The translations under genes were made by a program, and so were the position numbers. Positions 16,742 to 25,285 of a DNA stretch of 40,000 nucleotides are shown here, in pieces. The notes under the pieces were generated by a model. The model ran no database searches and was not told where the DNA came from. It saw only the letters and a list, made by a program, of their open reading frames with translations. Position 1 is the first letter of the stretch, and each line of letters starts with the position of its first letter. The DNA comes from Frateuria aurantia DSM 6220 (GTDB lineage Bacteria > Pseudomonadota > Gammaproteobacteria > Xanthomonadales > Rhodanobacteraceae). The DNA lies in NCBI RefSeq assembly GCF_000242255.2, contig NC_017033.1, positions 2,079,110 through 2,119,109 on the forward strand, given 5' to 3'.

Positions 16742-16781
16742 CGTAAGTTTTACTTGCCTTTAAGTGTAAGTATGGCTTACC
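16742..16781. promoter_or_regulatory. second operator set (OL-like)
   Basis: TGTAAGTATGGCTTACC (16765-16781) and CGTAAGTTTTACTTGCC (16742-16758) share the half-sites and 6-5-6 geometry of the 12422-12485 operators. Confidence 0.6.
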
Positions 16782-17097
16782 TTTATCCCGCGCCGCAGCG
16801 AACCGCTGACCAACGGCCTGGGATCTTCCACAACCTAGCGGGCACCCGAGGATGGCATCGCCATGCGGAGGGCCCAGGGTCTGACCAGCCCGGATATCGG
16901 TCGCCGTGCGCCTTCGCAGAGGGCGCATTGGCATGGCGGTTGGCGCTTGCGCTGACCGAGGCGCTGAACACTCGGAACCCTCCGTGAGACATGTGGAATG
17001 GCCTGTAACGGGGCCGGCCAGCCGCCATCCCAATTCGTCACCCTGCCCGCTCGGGCTATCTCGCGCTTTTCCGCGCACCTTCCACTGGAACCACAAC

Positions 17098-17343
17098 ATG
17101 AGCATTTCTACTCGCATCTATCGCGTCGTCGTCAACGAGGGCGGCGATGACGAAAGCACGCACCTGGTGCGCGCAAACACCCCTGACAACGCTGTAAAGC
17201 ATGTGCTGACGAAGCAGATCAGCGCGAACGTCGCCACCCAGGACGAGCTGGTCGAATTGGCCAGCCAGGGTGTCGCCGTTGAGACGGCAATCGTCCATGA
17301 TAGGCCGGGCAAGCCGGGCCGTCCGAAGCAGAAGGCGGCGTAA
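17098..17343 (+). CDS. hypothetical small phage protein
   Basis: 81 aa from ATG 17098: 'MSISTRIYRVVVNEGGDDESTHLVRANTPDNAVKHVL...'. It is the first plausible ORF after the OL-like operators. Confidence 0.5.
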   Translation: MSISTRIYRVVVNEGGDDESTHLVRANTPDNAVKHVLTKQISANVATQDELVELASQGVAVETAIVHDRPGKPGRPKQKAA

Positions 17344-17454
17344 GCAACACCCTGCAGGATGCAGGCGTAAAAACCGTGCGAGGCCGGCGCAATACCCGGC
17401 CACTCATTCCCCACCGATGCGGCCTATCCCGCATCGATCCGCGACTCAGCTGGC

Positions 17455-17473
17455 AGCCGTGCCGGCTTTTTTT
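17455..17473 (+). terminator. intrinsic terminator candidate
   Basis: AGCCG-TGC-CGGCT stem-loop followed by T7. A second hairpin, GATGCGG-CCTAT-CCGCATC, precedes it at 17416-17435. Confidence 0.45.
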
Positions 17474-17489
17474 GTGCCTGGAGAAAGTC

Positions 17490-17621
17490 ATGCACTTCAA
17501 ATCTGCTCAATACCGGCTGCTGGCAAGCATGCCTCAGTACCTCGACTACACCATGGGCCAGCTCGCCGCTCTGTGCACTGTGAACCCGAAATTCCCGCTG
17601 ATTGCCGGGGGTATCCAGTGA
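17490..17621 (+). CDS. hypothetical 43-aa protein
   Basis: ATG 17490 has GGAGAAAGTC upstream. Its stop overlaps the next start (GTGA). Confidence 0.4.
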   Translation: MHFKSAQYRLLASMPQYLDYTMGQLAALCTVNPKFPLIAGGIQ

Positions 17622-17938
17622 GGTCGACTACCCAGTCTTTCATCCGCCGGCGCTTCAGGGGCTTCACCCTCTATATCTCGGCCACGGCCATCAGCGGAAC
17701 CCACGATGTGCGCTTCAACACCGGCGCCGGCGAGTTCACCCTCCAGATGACACCGGACGATATCGAAGGCGTGCAGTCGGTCCTCGAGCAGGCACACACC
17801 CTGATCGATGCGAACCTGCCGGGCCGCTGTCGATCCTGCGCAGGAACTGGTGAATATGGTGTAGGAATCGGCATTCCTCGCGACTGCCCGGCCTGCTCGG
17901 GAACTGGCCTCAAATCGCGTCAGCAGGTGGCGGCATGA
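17618..17938 (+). CDS. hypothetical protein with two DnaJ-type CxxCxGxG zinc-finger motifs
   Basis: GTG 17618 is coupled to the previous ORF. The C-terminus reads 'CRSCAGTGEYGVGIGIPRDCPACSGTG'. Confidence 0.5.
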   Translation: MRSTTQSFIRRRFRGFTLYISATAISGTHDVRFNTGAGEFTLQMTPDDIEGVQSVLEQAHTLIDANLPGRCRSCAGTGEYGVGIGIPRDCPACSGTGLKSRQQVAA

Positions 17939-18273
17939 CCGACAACGACAAGACGCTGCGGGATGAGTTTGAGGAGCGCGCCAAGCGCTTATTTCTTCCA
18001 ATCGAAAGGAACAGATTCGATCAATACCGGGATACCCGCACTCAGCATATGTGGTGGGGGTGTCAGGCCGCCCACGCCAAATACGCCCCGCGATGGCTGC
18101 CGATTGATGAGGAGGTTAAAGATGGCAATCCCCTCCTAGGCCTACGAGTACAGGACGATGCTGTCTGCCTCGCCTACTGGAATGATGAATCTTTTTACAA
18201 CGTCTGGACTGGGGAGAAGGTCATTCTTACTCACTATCTTCCAATCCCTGGTGCGTCGGAGGTGGTGGCATGA
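17935..18273 (+). CDS. hypothetical phage protein with a DUF551-like C-terminus
   Basis: ATGA overlap with the upstream gene. The C-terminus 'WLPIDEEVKDGNPLLG....AYWND...W...EKVILTHYLPIP' fits the DUF551 pattern (from memory). Confidence 0.55.
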   Translation: MTDNDKTLRDEFEERAKRLFLPIERNRFDQYRDTRTQHMWWGCQAAHAKYAPRWLPIDEEVKDGNPLLGLRVQDDAVCLAYWNDESFYNVWTGEKVILTHYLPIPGASEVVA

Positions 18274-18551
18274 CCACCTACCTTCAGCCGCCGGGCATGT
18301 TCTGCGATCGAGCCGGCGAGAAAAGGGCTGACGAAGAGGAGGCCATCGAAAGGCAAGTTGCCTCTGACCTCTCCGATCCAGACGTCGCCGAGGAATGGCT
18401 GATGAGTTCGATCGACCGCTTCGACGACACCAAGGCAGCCGCCCAGGCACTGGCCCGGGGCGACCTGCACTCGTTCCATAACATCTTCGCCCACTGGGTG
18501 CAGGCGCAGACCGAACTGCGCTTTGAGCAGAAGCTCCGCGGCTTCCACTGA
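18270..18551 (+). CDS. hypothetical phage protein
   Basis: 93-aa ORF with an ATGA overlap to the previous gene and acidic, protein-like composition. Confidence 0.45.
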   Translation: MTTYLQPPGMFCDRAGEKRADEEEAIERQVASDLSDPDVAEEWLMSSIDRFDDTKAAAQALARGDLHSFHNIFAHWVQAQTELRFEQKLRGFH

Positions 18552-18603
18552 TTCAAATCCCCTCCCTTTTGATTGTGCTGGCTCAGGCCGGCAGGAGATC
18601 CCC

Positions 18604-19425
18604 ATGTCTGAAATATCCGTGGCCAGAGCACAGAACCTGGCACAAATTGAGCGTGTAAATGCGCTACTTCCCACCTCGATCGGTGAGGCCATGCAACTCG
18701 CCGAGTTCATGGCTAAGTCGGATCTCCTGCCTCCGCACCTAAAAGGCCGACAGGGCGACTGCCTGCTGGTGGTAATGCAAGCTCAACGCTGGGGTATGGA
18801 CGCCTTATCAGTGGCCCAATGCACGTCAGTTGTTCATGGACGCCTCTGCTACGAGGGCAAGCTGGTTGCGGCAGCCCTGTACTCACAGAAAGCCATCGAT
18901 GGCCGCCTCCACTATGAAATCAGCGGCCATGGGCAGGACGCCTCCATCGTTGTAACTGGAACACCTCGTGGAACTGGTCAGACTCAATCAGTGTCAGGCT
19001 CCGTCCGCAAGTGGCGAACGATCACGATGAAGAAACAGGATGGCGCCCCTCCCAAGCGGGTCGACAATGCCTGGGACACAATCCCGGAAGACATGCTGGT
19101 CTACCGCGGAACGCGGCAATGGGCGCGACGCTATGCGCCTGAGGTGATGCTCGGGGTGCAGACGCCCGATGAAGTTGACGATACACCCATGCAGACCACT
19201 GTGATCCACAGCACGGCTGCATCCTCTCCTGCCATTGAACCGTTGATTCCTTATCCGGAAGAAGAGTTCAGCAAGAACTTCGACACCTGGCTCGGACGCA
19301 TCCAGTGCGGCCGGAACTCCGCCGAAGAGGTGATCGCCAAGCTGCAGACCAAATACACCCTGACGCCCGGTCAGCTGGGCGCCATCCGTGACCTCGAAAC
19401 CACCGAGGCGGAGGTAGTCGAATGA
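18604..19425 (+). CDS. recT: RecT-family single-strand annealing recombinase
   Basis: ATG 18604 has AGGAG upstream. 'AEFMAKSDLLPPHLKGRQGDCLLVVMQAQRWGMDALSVAQ' is the typical RecT core. It is followed by an exonuclease gene. Confidence 0.8.
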   Translation: MSEISVARAQNLAQIERVNALLPTSIGEAMQLAEFMAKSDLLPPHLKGRQGDCLLVVMQAQRWGMDALSVAQCTSVVHGRLCYEGKLVAAALYSQKAIDGRLHYEISGHGQDASIVVTGTPRGTGQTQSVSGSVRKWRTITMKKQDGAPPKRVDNAWDTIPEDMLVYRGTRQWARRYAPEVMLGVQTPDEVDDTPMQTTVIHSTAASSPAIEPLIPYPEEEFSKNFDTWLGRIQCGRNSAEEVIAKLQTKYTLTPGQLGAIRDLETTEAEVVE

Positions 19426-21173
19426 AGATCGTGAAGCTCACCCAGGGCACGCCGGAATGGCATGCCCACCGCGCCCGTCACTTCAACGCCAGCGAGGCCG
19501 GCGTGATGCTGGGCATTTTCCCTGGCGTGAAACGCAGCGACCTGATCAAGGTCCGCGCCACCGGCATCGAAGAGGAGATCTCCACCTTCGTGCAGAAGAT
19601 CTTCGATGACGGTCATCGCTTCGAGGCACTGTGCCGGCCGCTGGCCGAGCTGGTGATCAGCGAGGACCTTTTCCCCTGCGTCGGAGAGGATGGCAAGCTG
19701 TCGGCCAGCTTCGACGGCCTGACGATGATGGAAGATGTGGCCTGGGAGCATAAAACGCTCAACTCGGTGCTGCGCAAGGCATTGCCGGAGGCGGCCCATA
19801 CCGGTGGCACGATTCCGCTGCACGGCGAGGATGTCACCCTGCCGGCGCACTACTGCGCACAGATGGAGCAGCAGATGCTTGTCTCCGGTGCCGATCGTAC
19901 GCTGTTCATGGCATCAGTCTGGGATGGCGACACGATGGTCGAGAGCCGGGCCTGCTGGTATCACTCCGACCCCGAACTGCGCGCACGCATCGTTGCAGGC
20001 TGGGCCCAGCTCGAGCAGGACATCGCGGCCTTCACCTTGGAGCCGGAAGAAGCTGTCGTCGTAGGCAAGGCACCCGACCAGTTGCCCGGCCTGCACATCG
20101 AGGTCACCGGCATGGTGACTGCCTCGAATCTGGAAGCGTTCAAATCTCAGGCGATGGCGGTGCTTGGCGGGATCAACCGGGACCTGCAGACCGATGAAGA
20201 CTTCGCCAATGCGGAAAAAGCAGTCACCTGGGCGAAGGGCGTAGAAGATCGCATCGATGCGGCCAAGGCCAATGCGCTCGCCCAGACCGAAACCATCGAC
20301 ACCCTCTTCCGCACCCTGGACGACGTGAAGGAGGAGACCCGGCGTATCCGCCTCGAGCTCGACAAGATGGTGAAGGCTCGCAAGGTCTCCATCCGGGACG
20401 AGATCGTCGACGCCGGCATCCGTGCAGCAAGAGCCCACTACGATCAGCTGGACTCGAGCCTGGGCGAGTATGCCATCCGTCCCGATCACGCCACGTTTGC
20501 CGTGATCGGTGCATCGATCAAGGGCAAGCGATCGATCAGCAGCATGCGGGACGCAGTCAGTACGGCCGTGGCCGACATCAAGATCGCTGCGAGCCAGTTT
20601 GCCGAAGTCATCCGCGCCAACATCAGCATCCTGAAAAATCAACATCAGCACCAGTCACTGTTTGCCGATCGGGTGATGCTTGCACAAACCAAGTCGCCTG
20701 AAGATCTCCGCAACTTGGTCGCGGCTCGTATCGGCGAGTTCGAACGGCAGGAGACTGAGCGACTGGAGCGGCAGCGCGAGCAGATCCGCAAGGAAGAAGC
20801 CGAGAAGCTGGCCCGCGAGCAGGAGGCGGCCAAGGTGGTGGACGAGACTCCGCCGGCATCTGCAAAAGTCGTCCAGTCCGCACCTCAGGCGCAGAGCCAC
20901 TTTGCGGCATCAACGGACGAGATCCCAGCCAAGGCCGAAAAAGTCGCCCAACCGGCAGGCCCTGCCAAGACCATCAAGCTGGGCGACATCAACGCCTTGA
21001 TCGCACCGCTTTCGATCACTGCAGACGGACTGGCGCAGCTTGGCTTCAACCCTGCAAGCATCGATCGCACCGCCAAGCTGTACCGAGAGGACCAGGTCCT
21101 CGAAATGTTGAGGGCCATGATGGCGCGGATCAAGGATGTCGGCCTGGCAATGTCGGAACGCAAAGCGGCCTGA
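19422..21173 (+). CDS. YqaJ/lambda-exonuclease-like recombination nuclease fused to a long coiled-coil C-terminal region
   Basis: The N-terminus 'MKIVKLTQGTPEWHAHRARHFNASEAG' is the YqaJ signature, and 'YCAQMEQQMLVSG' also fits. About 350 further residues are helical, and I recall them as DUF1351-like (unverified). ATGA overlap with recT. Confidence 0.75.
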   Translation: MKIVKLTQGTPEWHAHRARHFNASEAGVMLGIFPGVKRSDLIKVRATGIEEEISTFVQKIFDDGHRFEALCRPLAELVISEDLFPCVGEDGKLSASFDGLTMMEDVAWEHKTLNSVLRKALPEAAHTGGTIPLHGEDVTLPAHYCAQMEQQMLVSGADRTLFMASVWDGDTMVESRACWYHSDPELRARIVAGWAQLEQDIAAFTLEPEEAVVVGKAPDQLPGLHIEVTGMVTASNLEAFKSQAMAVLGGINRDLQTDEDFANAEKAVTWAKGVEDRIDAAKANALAQTETIDTLFRTLDDVKEETRRIRLELDKMVKARKVSIRDEIVDAGIRAARAHYDQLDSSLGEYAIRPDHATFAVIGASIKGKRSISSMRDAVSTAVADIKIAASQFAEVIRANISILKNQHQHQSLFADRVMLAQTKSPEDLRNLVAARIGEFERQETERLERQREQIRKEEAEKLAREQEAAKVVDETPPASAKVVQSAPQAQSHFAASTDEIPAKAEKVAQPAGPAKTIKLGDINALIAPLSITADGLAQLGFNPASIDRTAKLYREDQVLEMLRAMMARIKDVGLAMSERKAA

Positions 21174-21175
21174 CC

Positions 21176-21403
21176 ATGGCAACCGACAACTCCCTTCCCA
21201 CCATCGACATGTTCCAGCCGCTCGACGGCTGGTTCGACTGGCGATCCGGCCGTATGCGAGTGCTTGTCCGAGAAGGCGAGCCACGCATGCGCTGCGGAAA
21301 GATGGCCTGCGGCCACGATTCACCATGGGCCCCTGAGTTTTCCAAACCGTGGGGCACCTTCCCGGATCTGCCCGAAACAGTGGCCGAGAAAATGGCCGCC
21401 TGA
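21176..21403 (+). CDS. hypothetical phage protein
   Basis: 75-aa ORF starting 2 nt after the previous stop. Confidence 0.4.
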   Translation: MATDNSLPTIDMFQPLDGWFDWRSGRMRVLVREGEPRMRCGKMACGHDSPWAPEFSKPWGTFPDLPETVAEKMAA

Positions 21404-21412
21404 GGACGAAGC

Positions 21413-21745
21413 ATGAAATCACTCGGAAATATCAGCCGTGGCGCAGAAGCCGCGGCAAAACAAATCAGCAAGAACGCCCTGGAGCATGGACGTGTCGCGA
21501 TCTTCATCGATGAGACAGGCGATGTTGCCTTCGTCCCGCATTACGATCGCCAATATGGCGCGGCGCTGGCGACTCTTTCCAAGCAGCTCGTCGGAATTTA
21601 TGAGGGCAACGCCTCAGGCACCGGTGTGTGCCACCCGACGCAGTCGGTCTATGCCATCTCCAAATCGGACCTTGAGCATTGGATGGGGTTTATCAGTATC
21701 CCGGCCGGTGTGTGCGCGATGACTGAACAGAGGGCTGCAGCATGA
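21413..21745 (+). CDS. hypothetical phage protein
   Basis: 110-aa ORF with GAGGA 5 nt upstream of the ATG. Confidence 0.5.
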   Translation: MKSLGNISRGAEAAAKQISKNALEHGRVAIFIDETGDVAFVPHYDRQYGAALATLSKQLVGIYEGNASGTGVCHPTQSVYAISKSDLEHWMGFISIPAGVCAMTEQRAAA

Positions 21746-21963
21746 GCGCTGCTGAAAATATTGATCCGGCCGAAGGCCACCTGTGGGGTTATGAGGACTG
21801 CGCCAGGTATATCGGCGTGGCCCGGTGGACCTTCGTCAACCGAATCAGCAAAGAGCCGGACTTCCCGCGCCCGGCCATCGAGCTGTCGAGAAAGATCCGG
21901 CGATGGCTCCCCGAAGACGTGAAGGACTGGGCCTATCGCTCCCGCCGCCGGAACCGGCGTTAA
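21742..21963 (+). CDS. excisionase / AlpA-type HTH DNA-binding protein
   Basis: 73 aa: 'YEDCARYIGVARWTFVNRISKEPDFPRPAIELSRKIRRWLPEDVKDW', an excisionase-type winged helix. It is convergent with int and abuts it. Confidence 0.6.
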   Translation: MSAAENIDPAEGHLWGYEDCARYIGVARWTFVNRISKEPDFPRPAIELSRKIRRWLPEDVKDWAYRSRRRNRR

Positions 21964-22931
21964 CCCAGCTTGGCCGCCATATCCGTGGCGGACTCCCGGT
22001 AATAGATCAACAGGCTTTTGATGTCCCTGTGACCGATGACCCGGGCGAGCTGCAGCACATCCAGCTTCTTGCTCAGGCGCCAAATGCCTTCCGCACGCGT
22101 GTCATGGAAGTGCAGATCCTCGACGGCCGCCCTATCCCGGTACTTTCGCCAAATTGCATCCCGCTGCGCATCATTCATGCCGAAGCATGGCTGATCGCCA
22201 TCCCTTGGTAACGCCTGCAGTATCTCGGCGGCAAACGTGGACAGAGGAACGTCCCGTTTGTCGCCGTTTTTCGTTATGGGGATATGCACATAACGCTTAT
22301 CGAGGTGAACGTGATTCCAGGTCAGCCCGACAATCTCGCCTGACCGCATCGCCGTCTCGATGGCAAACAGAAAACACAGGCCGACGCGGTTGGCCAAGCT
22401 TTCGGCTCGCAGCTCATAACCGACACCGAAGGCCTGGCGGACGCACTCAATCTCATCATCCGTAAGCCGGCGCTTGCGGCTCTCTGGTGACTTGGGAGCT
22501 GCAAATCCTTCGAACGGGTTATGGGTCATCCAGCCCCATTCCTCTCGGCACCGCCGAAACAGGCCCCGCAGCTCGTTCATCTCTCGCCGGACCGATGCCT
22601 CGGAGACCTCTTGCAGCCTGGCATCCCGGTAACGAATCAGGTGATCTTTGCTCACCTCGGGTATCCGCACCTCGGCAATGGGATCCAGCATCAGGCGCTT
22701 CACGCGAGCGATATCCCCCCGTGATTTGCCGGCATTCACATGCTCGTCGAGCAGGCGCTTGAGGGCATCTTCCACCAGCATCTTCTGCGCAGGTGCCTGC
22801 TTGCCCTCAGCCTCTTGGCGAAGGGACCAGCGCTGCGCTTCGGTCTTGGTGGAAAACGACTTGCTGACGCGCTGGCCATGAACCATGACCTGGGCTCGCC
22901 AGTTTGTGCCGCGCTTTGTGATGGATGCCAT
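21960..22931 (-). CDS. int: tyrosine site-specific integrase (prophage)
   Basis: 323 aa from ATG 22931 ('MASITKRGTNWRAQV'). The catalytic region has 'ETAMRSGEI', 'HDTRAEGIWRL' and 'GHRDIKSLLIYY'. Confidence 0.9.
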   Translation of the reverse strand: MASITKRGTNWRAQVMVHGQRVSKSFSTKTEAQRWSLRQEAEGKQAPAQKMLVEDALKRLLDEHVNAGKSRGDIARVKRLMLDPIAEVRIPEVSKDHLIRYRDARLQEVSEASVRREMNELRGLFRRCREEWGWMTHNPFEGFAAPKSPESRKRRLTDDEIECVRQAFGVGYELRAESLANRVGLCFLFAIETAMRSGEIVGLTWNHVHLDKRYVHIPITKNGDKRDVPLSTFAAEILQALPRDGDQPCFGMNDAQRDAIWRKYRDRAAVEDLHFHDTRAEGIWRLSKKLDVLQLARVIGHRDIKSLLIYYRESATDMAAKLG

Positions 22932-23017
22932 GTCGCCTCGCTGCTGGTGCAATCTCTGGTGCAAAAGTGGTGCACTAGGGTGCAACTTACGGCAATTTCT
23001 GGCAACTAAAACGAGAA

Positions 23018-23041
23018 AGGCCACCCCTTGCGGAGTGGCCT
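23018..23041. terminator. GC-rich hairpin flanked by A/T runs (candidate bidirectional terminator/insulator upstream of int)
   Basis: AGGCCAC-N10-GTGGCCT, flanked by AAAACGAG ... CTCGTCGTTTT. Confidence 0.4.
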
Positions 23042-23062
23042 AACTCGTCGTTTTCTAGCGTT

Positions 23063-23082
23063 TTTGCAATGATTTGCAATGT
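23063..23082 (+). repeat. tandem 10-bp repeat TTTGCAATGA/TTTGCAATGT
   Basis: Two adjacent copies bracketed by the inverted CTAGCG...CGCTAG, between the prophage int and the degenerate att copy. Confidence 0.6.
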
Positions 23083-23090
23083 ATCGCTAG

Positions 23091-23112
23091 TTGGTATTGG
23101 TGCCAAGAGGGG
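23091..23112 (+). repeat. degenerate copy of the tRNA-Leu 3' end (att core remnant)
   Basis: TTGGTAT-TGGTGCC-AAGAGGGG compares with TTGGTATGTGGTGCCCAAGAGGGG at 33643-33666. The two differ by two single-base gaps. Confidence 0.7.
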
Positions 23113-23360
23113 CATCGAAAACCGCATAGAAATGCGGACTATCAATGCCAAAAGAAAAATATGCCCCCCAAAAATGCCCCCAGACCGGCCGCGCTTGAAT
23201 GAGACAGCATGGGACAACCGGGCCATCTGGCGAGGATATCCACCCGTCGCCACTGTAGAAATTGACCCGATCTGATTGGTGCCCCTTTAGGGCACTCGAT
23301 CTGGTGCAGAATGTCGCAGGTTGAGGGGGGGGTAAAAGTGCGGAGGTTATTACTTTTTCG

Positions 23361-23462
23361 GTGTTCCAGGTGTTCCACCCCTCCTAAACCCGCATGGTTA
23401 AGCCATTTCTCAGGCAAAAAAATGGAACACCTCCAAAAACGGCAGGTGTTCCAGGTGTTCCA
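23361..23462. repeat. octamer iteron cluster (GTGTTCCA/TGGAACAC), 5 copies
   Basis: GTGTTCCA at 23361, 23370, 23446 and 23455 (two tandem pairs, 9-bp register), and inverted TGGAACAC at 23423. Confidence 0.8.
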
Positions 23463-23488
23463 CTTTTGTCGGCGAGGATCAGCGGCGA

Positions 23489-25285
23489 TCAGCCCTCTGC
23501 GGAGAAAACAGCCGCGCCCTCAAGGACATAGAACCGCCCCTTGCTCAGACCCCGCACACGCACGGATTGCGAGGCCTTGCCATCCTTGCCCGGCTGCAGC
23601 CATCCCGCGGCGATCAGCGTCTGTGCCGCCGCCTTCGGGTTGAAGCCCCGCACCAGCTCCTCGAAGGCCTCCGGCATGACCAGGTACTGCTCGCGCCGAT
23701 CCTCGGCGCCCGGCTCACCGACCTGCAACTTGCGACGAAAGCCGACACGATGTGCCACCGGCCGGCGCTCGTTATCGTGGTCCTCCGGTTCGAAGCGGCT
23801 ATCGCCATGCGCCTCGATGAAGGCCTTCACCTGAGACAGCAGCGCCGCCCGCTCGGCATCGGCAGGGCCGCCGCGGTCAGCCAGCCACTGGCGAAAACAG
23901 ATCCGGATTGCTTGCGCTGCCTCGCCCTCGGGCCAGCCGGTGATGCCGTAGGCCGTCGCCAGCTCGCCGGCGGCGCCGATCAGGGCAAAGCGCCGGGCCA
24001 CGCGCCGGACTTGCCCGCCGGCATCTTCGGGCACCAGGTCCGCCAGCATGTCGGTCATGCTCGCCTCAATGCGTCGACGCGATGCACGCTGGTCCGCCGT
24101 CAGCTGCTCGAGAAAGGACAGCAGCGGATGCCCGTAGTGTGTCGCCGCGGCCCGCTTCAACTGCTCGGCCACCGCGCTGGCGCTGCTGCCCACCGGCACC
24201 GACTCGAACATGCCATGCCCCATACCGGCATCCGCTGCCACGTCGATCACTCGCACCTCATGGCCAGCCCGACGCCGGCCGCCCGACTCCACCATCAGAT
24301 CGCCCATGCTGACCTCACCCGAGGACAGAAACGCCGTGCGCCATGTCGCCACCGGCCGGGCTCGGCCACTGCGATCTGATCGCCCTTTGCCCTGCCCGTT
24401 GGCCAGCATATAGGCGACCCTGCTGGCGTCCTTCGGCTCCAACTGGCCCAGCTCATCCAGCGGCAGCATCAGGTCGTTGTGCAGGGTCGCCACGCCCTCG
24501 AGCGCGTTGTCGGTCTGCCGCCATGTTCGCATGTAGGCCGGCGGACCATAGACGGACGATGCCACCAGCACGGCAGTCGTCTTGCCGGTGCTGCTCGAGC
24601 CCCGCAGATGCACGCCGCCACCGTCCATGCCGGCCAGATCCAGGCACGGTGCAGAGAAAGCCATGGAGACCGCCAACACCAGGCGGCTATGCCCGATGCA
24701 AACCTTGGCCACGCTATCGGTCCAGCCCTCGAGCGTGCCGCCGGTGGCGACTTGCGCCGCACCCGGTGCCGTGGTCTGGAAGATAACCGCCTCAGCTGCT
24801 GTCGGGCCAAAGGTGCGATCAGGCAGCGCAAACACCTCACCATGCCAGCCGGTGCGGCTCACGCTCCGCGCCTTCTGAGTGGGGTTGGCCTGGGCGATGT
24901 AGTCCATCAGCAGCTTGCGGGCGTGCTGGGAATTGGCGATCACCAGACCTTGCCCCAGCAGCTCTGCCCGCAGCTCCGCGCCATCGGTGGCCAGCATGGC
25001 GCAGGGCATCGCCCAGCGGTGCGCCTTGCCGTCCCGATCCGTGAAGGCCAGCAAGCGCCCCCATTCTCCGCCATCGGCATTGCGTGTCTCGGCCTCGACA
25101 TACAGAGGCGCGCAGATCCACGTCGCCGGCTTGTCGCTGTGCGGGTCGCTGAAATAGACCCCGTGGCGTCGGCCTTTGCCACGCTCGACCACTTCAAAGC
25201 CGGGCCCGGCCGGCGGTTCGGCATTGCTCACCACCAGGGCGAGCGGCGGCAGCGACTCGGCCGCTTCAATCGTGGAGCTGGACAT
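23489..25285 (-). CDS. DUF927-type helicase (SF3-like NTPase) of the integrative element
   Basis: 598 aa from ATG 25285. It has a Walker A motif, 'RGSSSTGKTT', and a DUF927-like N-region ('WICAPLYVEAETRNADGGEWGRLLAFTDRDGKAHRW'). It overlaps the end of the primase gene. Confidence 0.75.
   Translation of the reverse strand: MSSSTIEAAESLPPLALVVSNAEPPAGPGFEVVERGKGRRHGVYFSDPHSDKPATWICAPLYVEAETRNADGGEWGRLLAFTDRDGKAHRWAMPCAMLATDGAELRAELLGQGLVIANSQHARKLLMDYIAQANPTQKARSVSRTGWHGEVFALPDRTFGPTAAEAVIFQTTAPGAAQVATGGTLEGWTDSVAKVCIGHSRLVLAVSMAFSAPCLDLAGMDGGGVHLRGSSSTGKTTAVLVASSVYGPPAYMRTWRQTDNALEGVATLHNDLMLPLDELGQLEPKDASRVAYMLANGQGKGRSDRSGRARPVATWRTAFLSSGEVSMGDLMVESGGRRRAGHEVRVIDVAADAGMGHGMFESVPVGSSASAVAEQLKRAAATHYGHPLLSFLEQLTADQRASRRRIEASMTDMLADLVPEDAGGQVRRVARRFALIGAAGELATAYGITGWPEGEAAQAIRICFRQWLADRGGPADAERAALLSQVKAFIEAHGDSRFEPEDHDNERRPVAHRVGFRRKLQVGEPGAEDRREQYLVMPEAFEELVRGFNPKAAAQTLIAAGWLQPGKDGKASQSVRVRGLSKGRFYVLEGAAVFSAEG

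Noticed and set aside
16706-17097. ORFs 16706-16987 and the 5' extension of 16906-17343 in the leader after the OL-like operators, including an HTH-like snippet ('AMRRAQGLTSPDIGRR') in a third frame
   Set aside because: No frame gives a continuous credible protein, and there are no SD sequences. This is possibly a decayed regulator gene or an untranslated leader, so it is not called.
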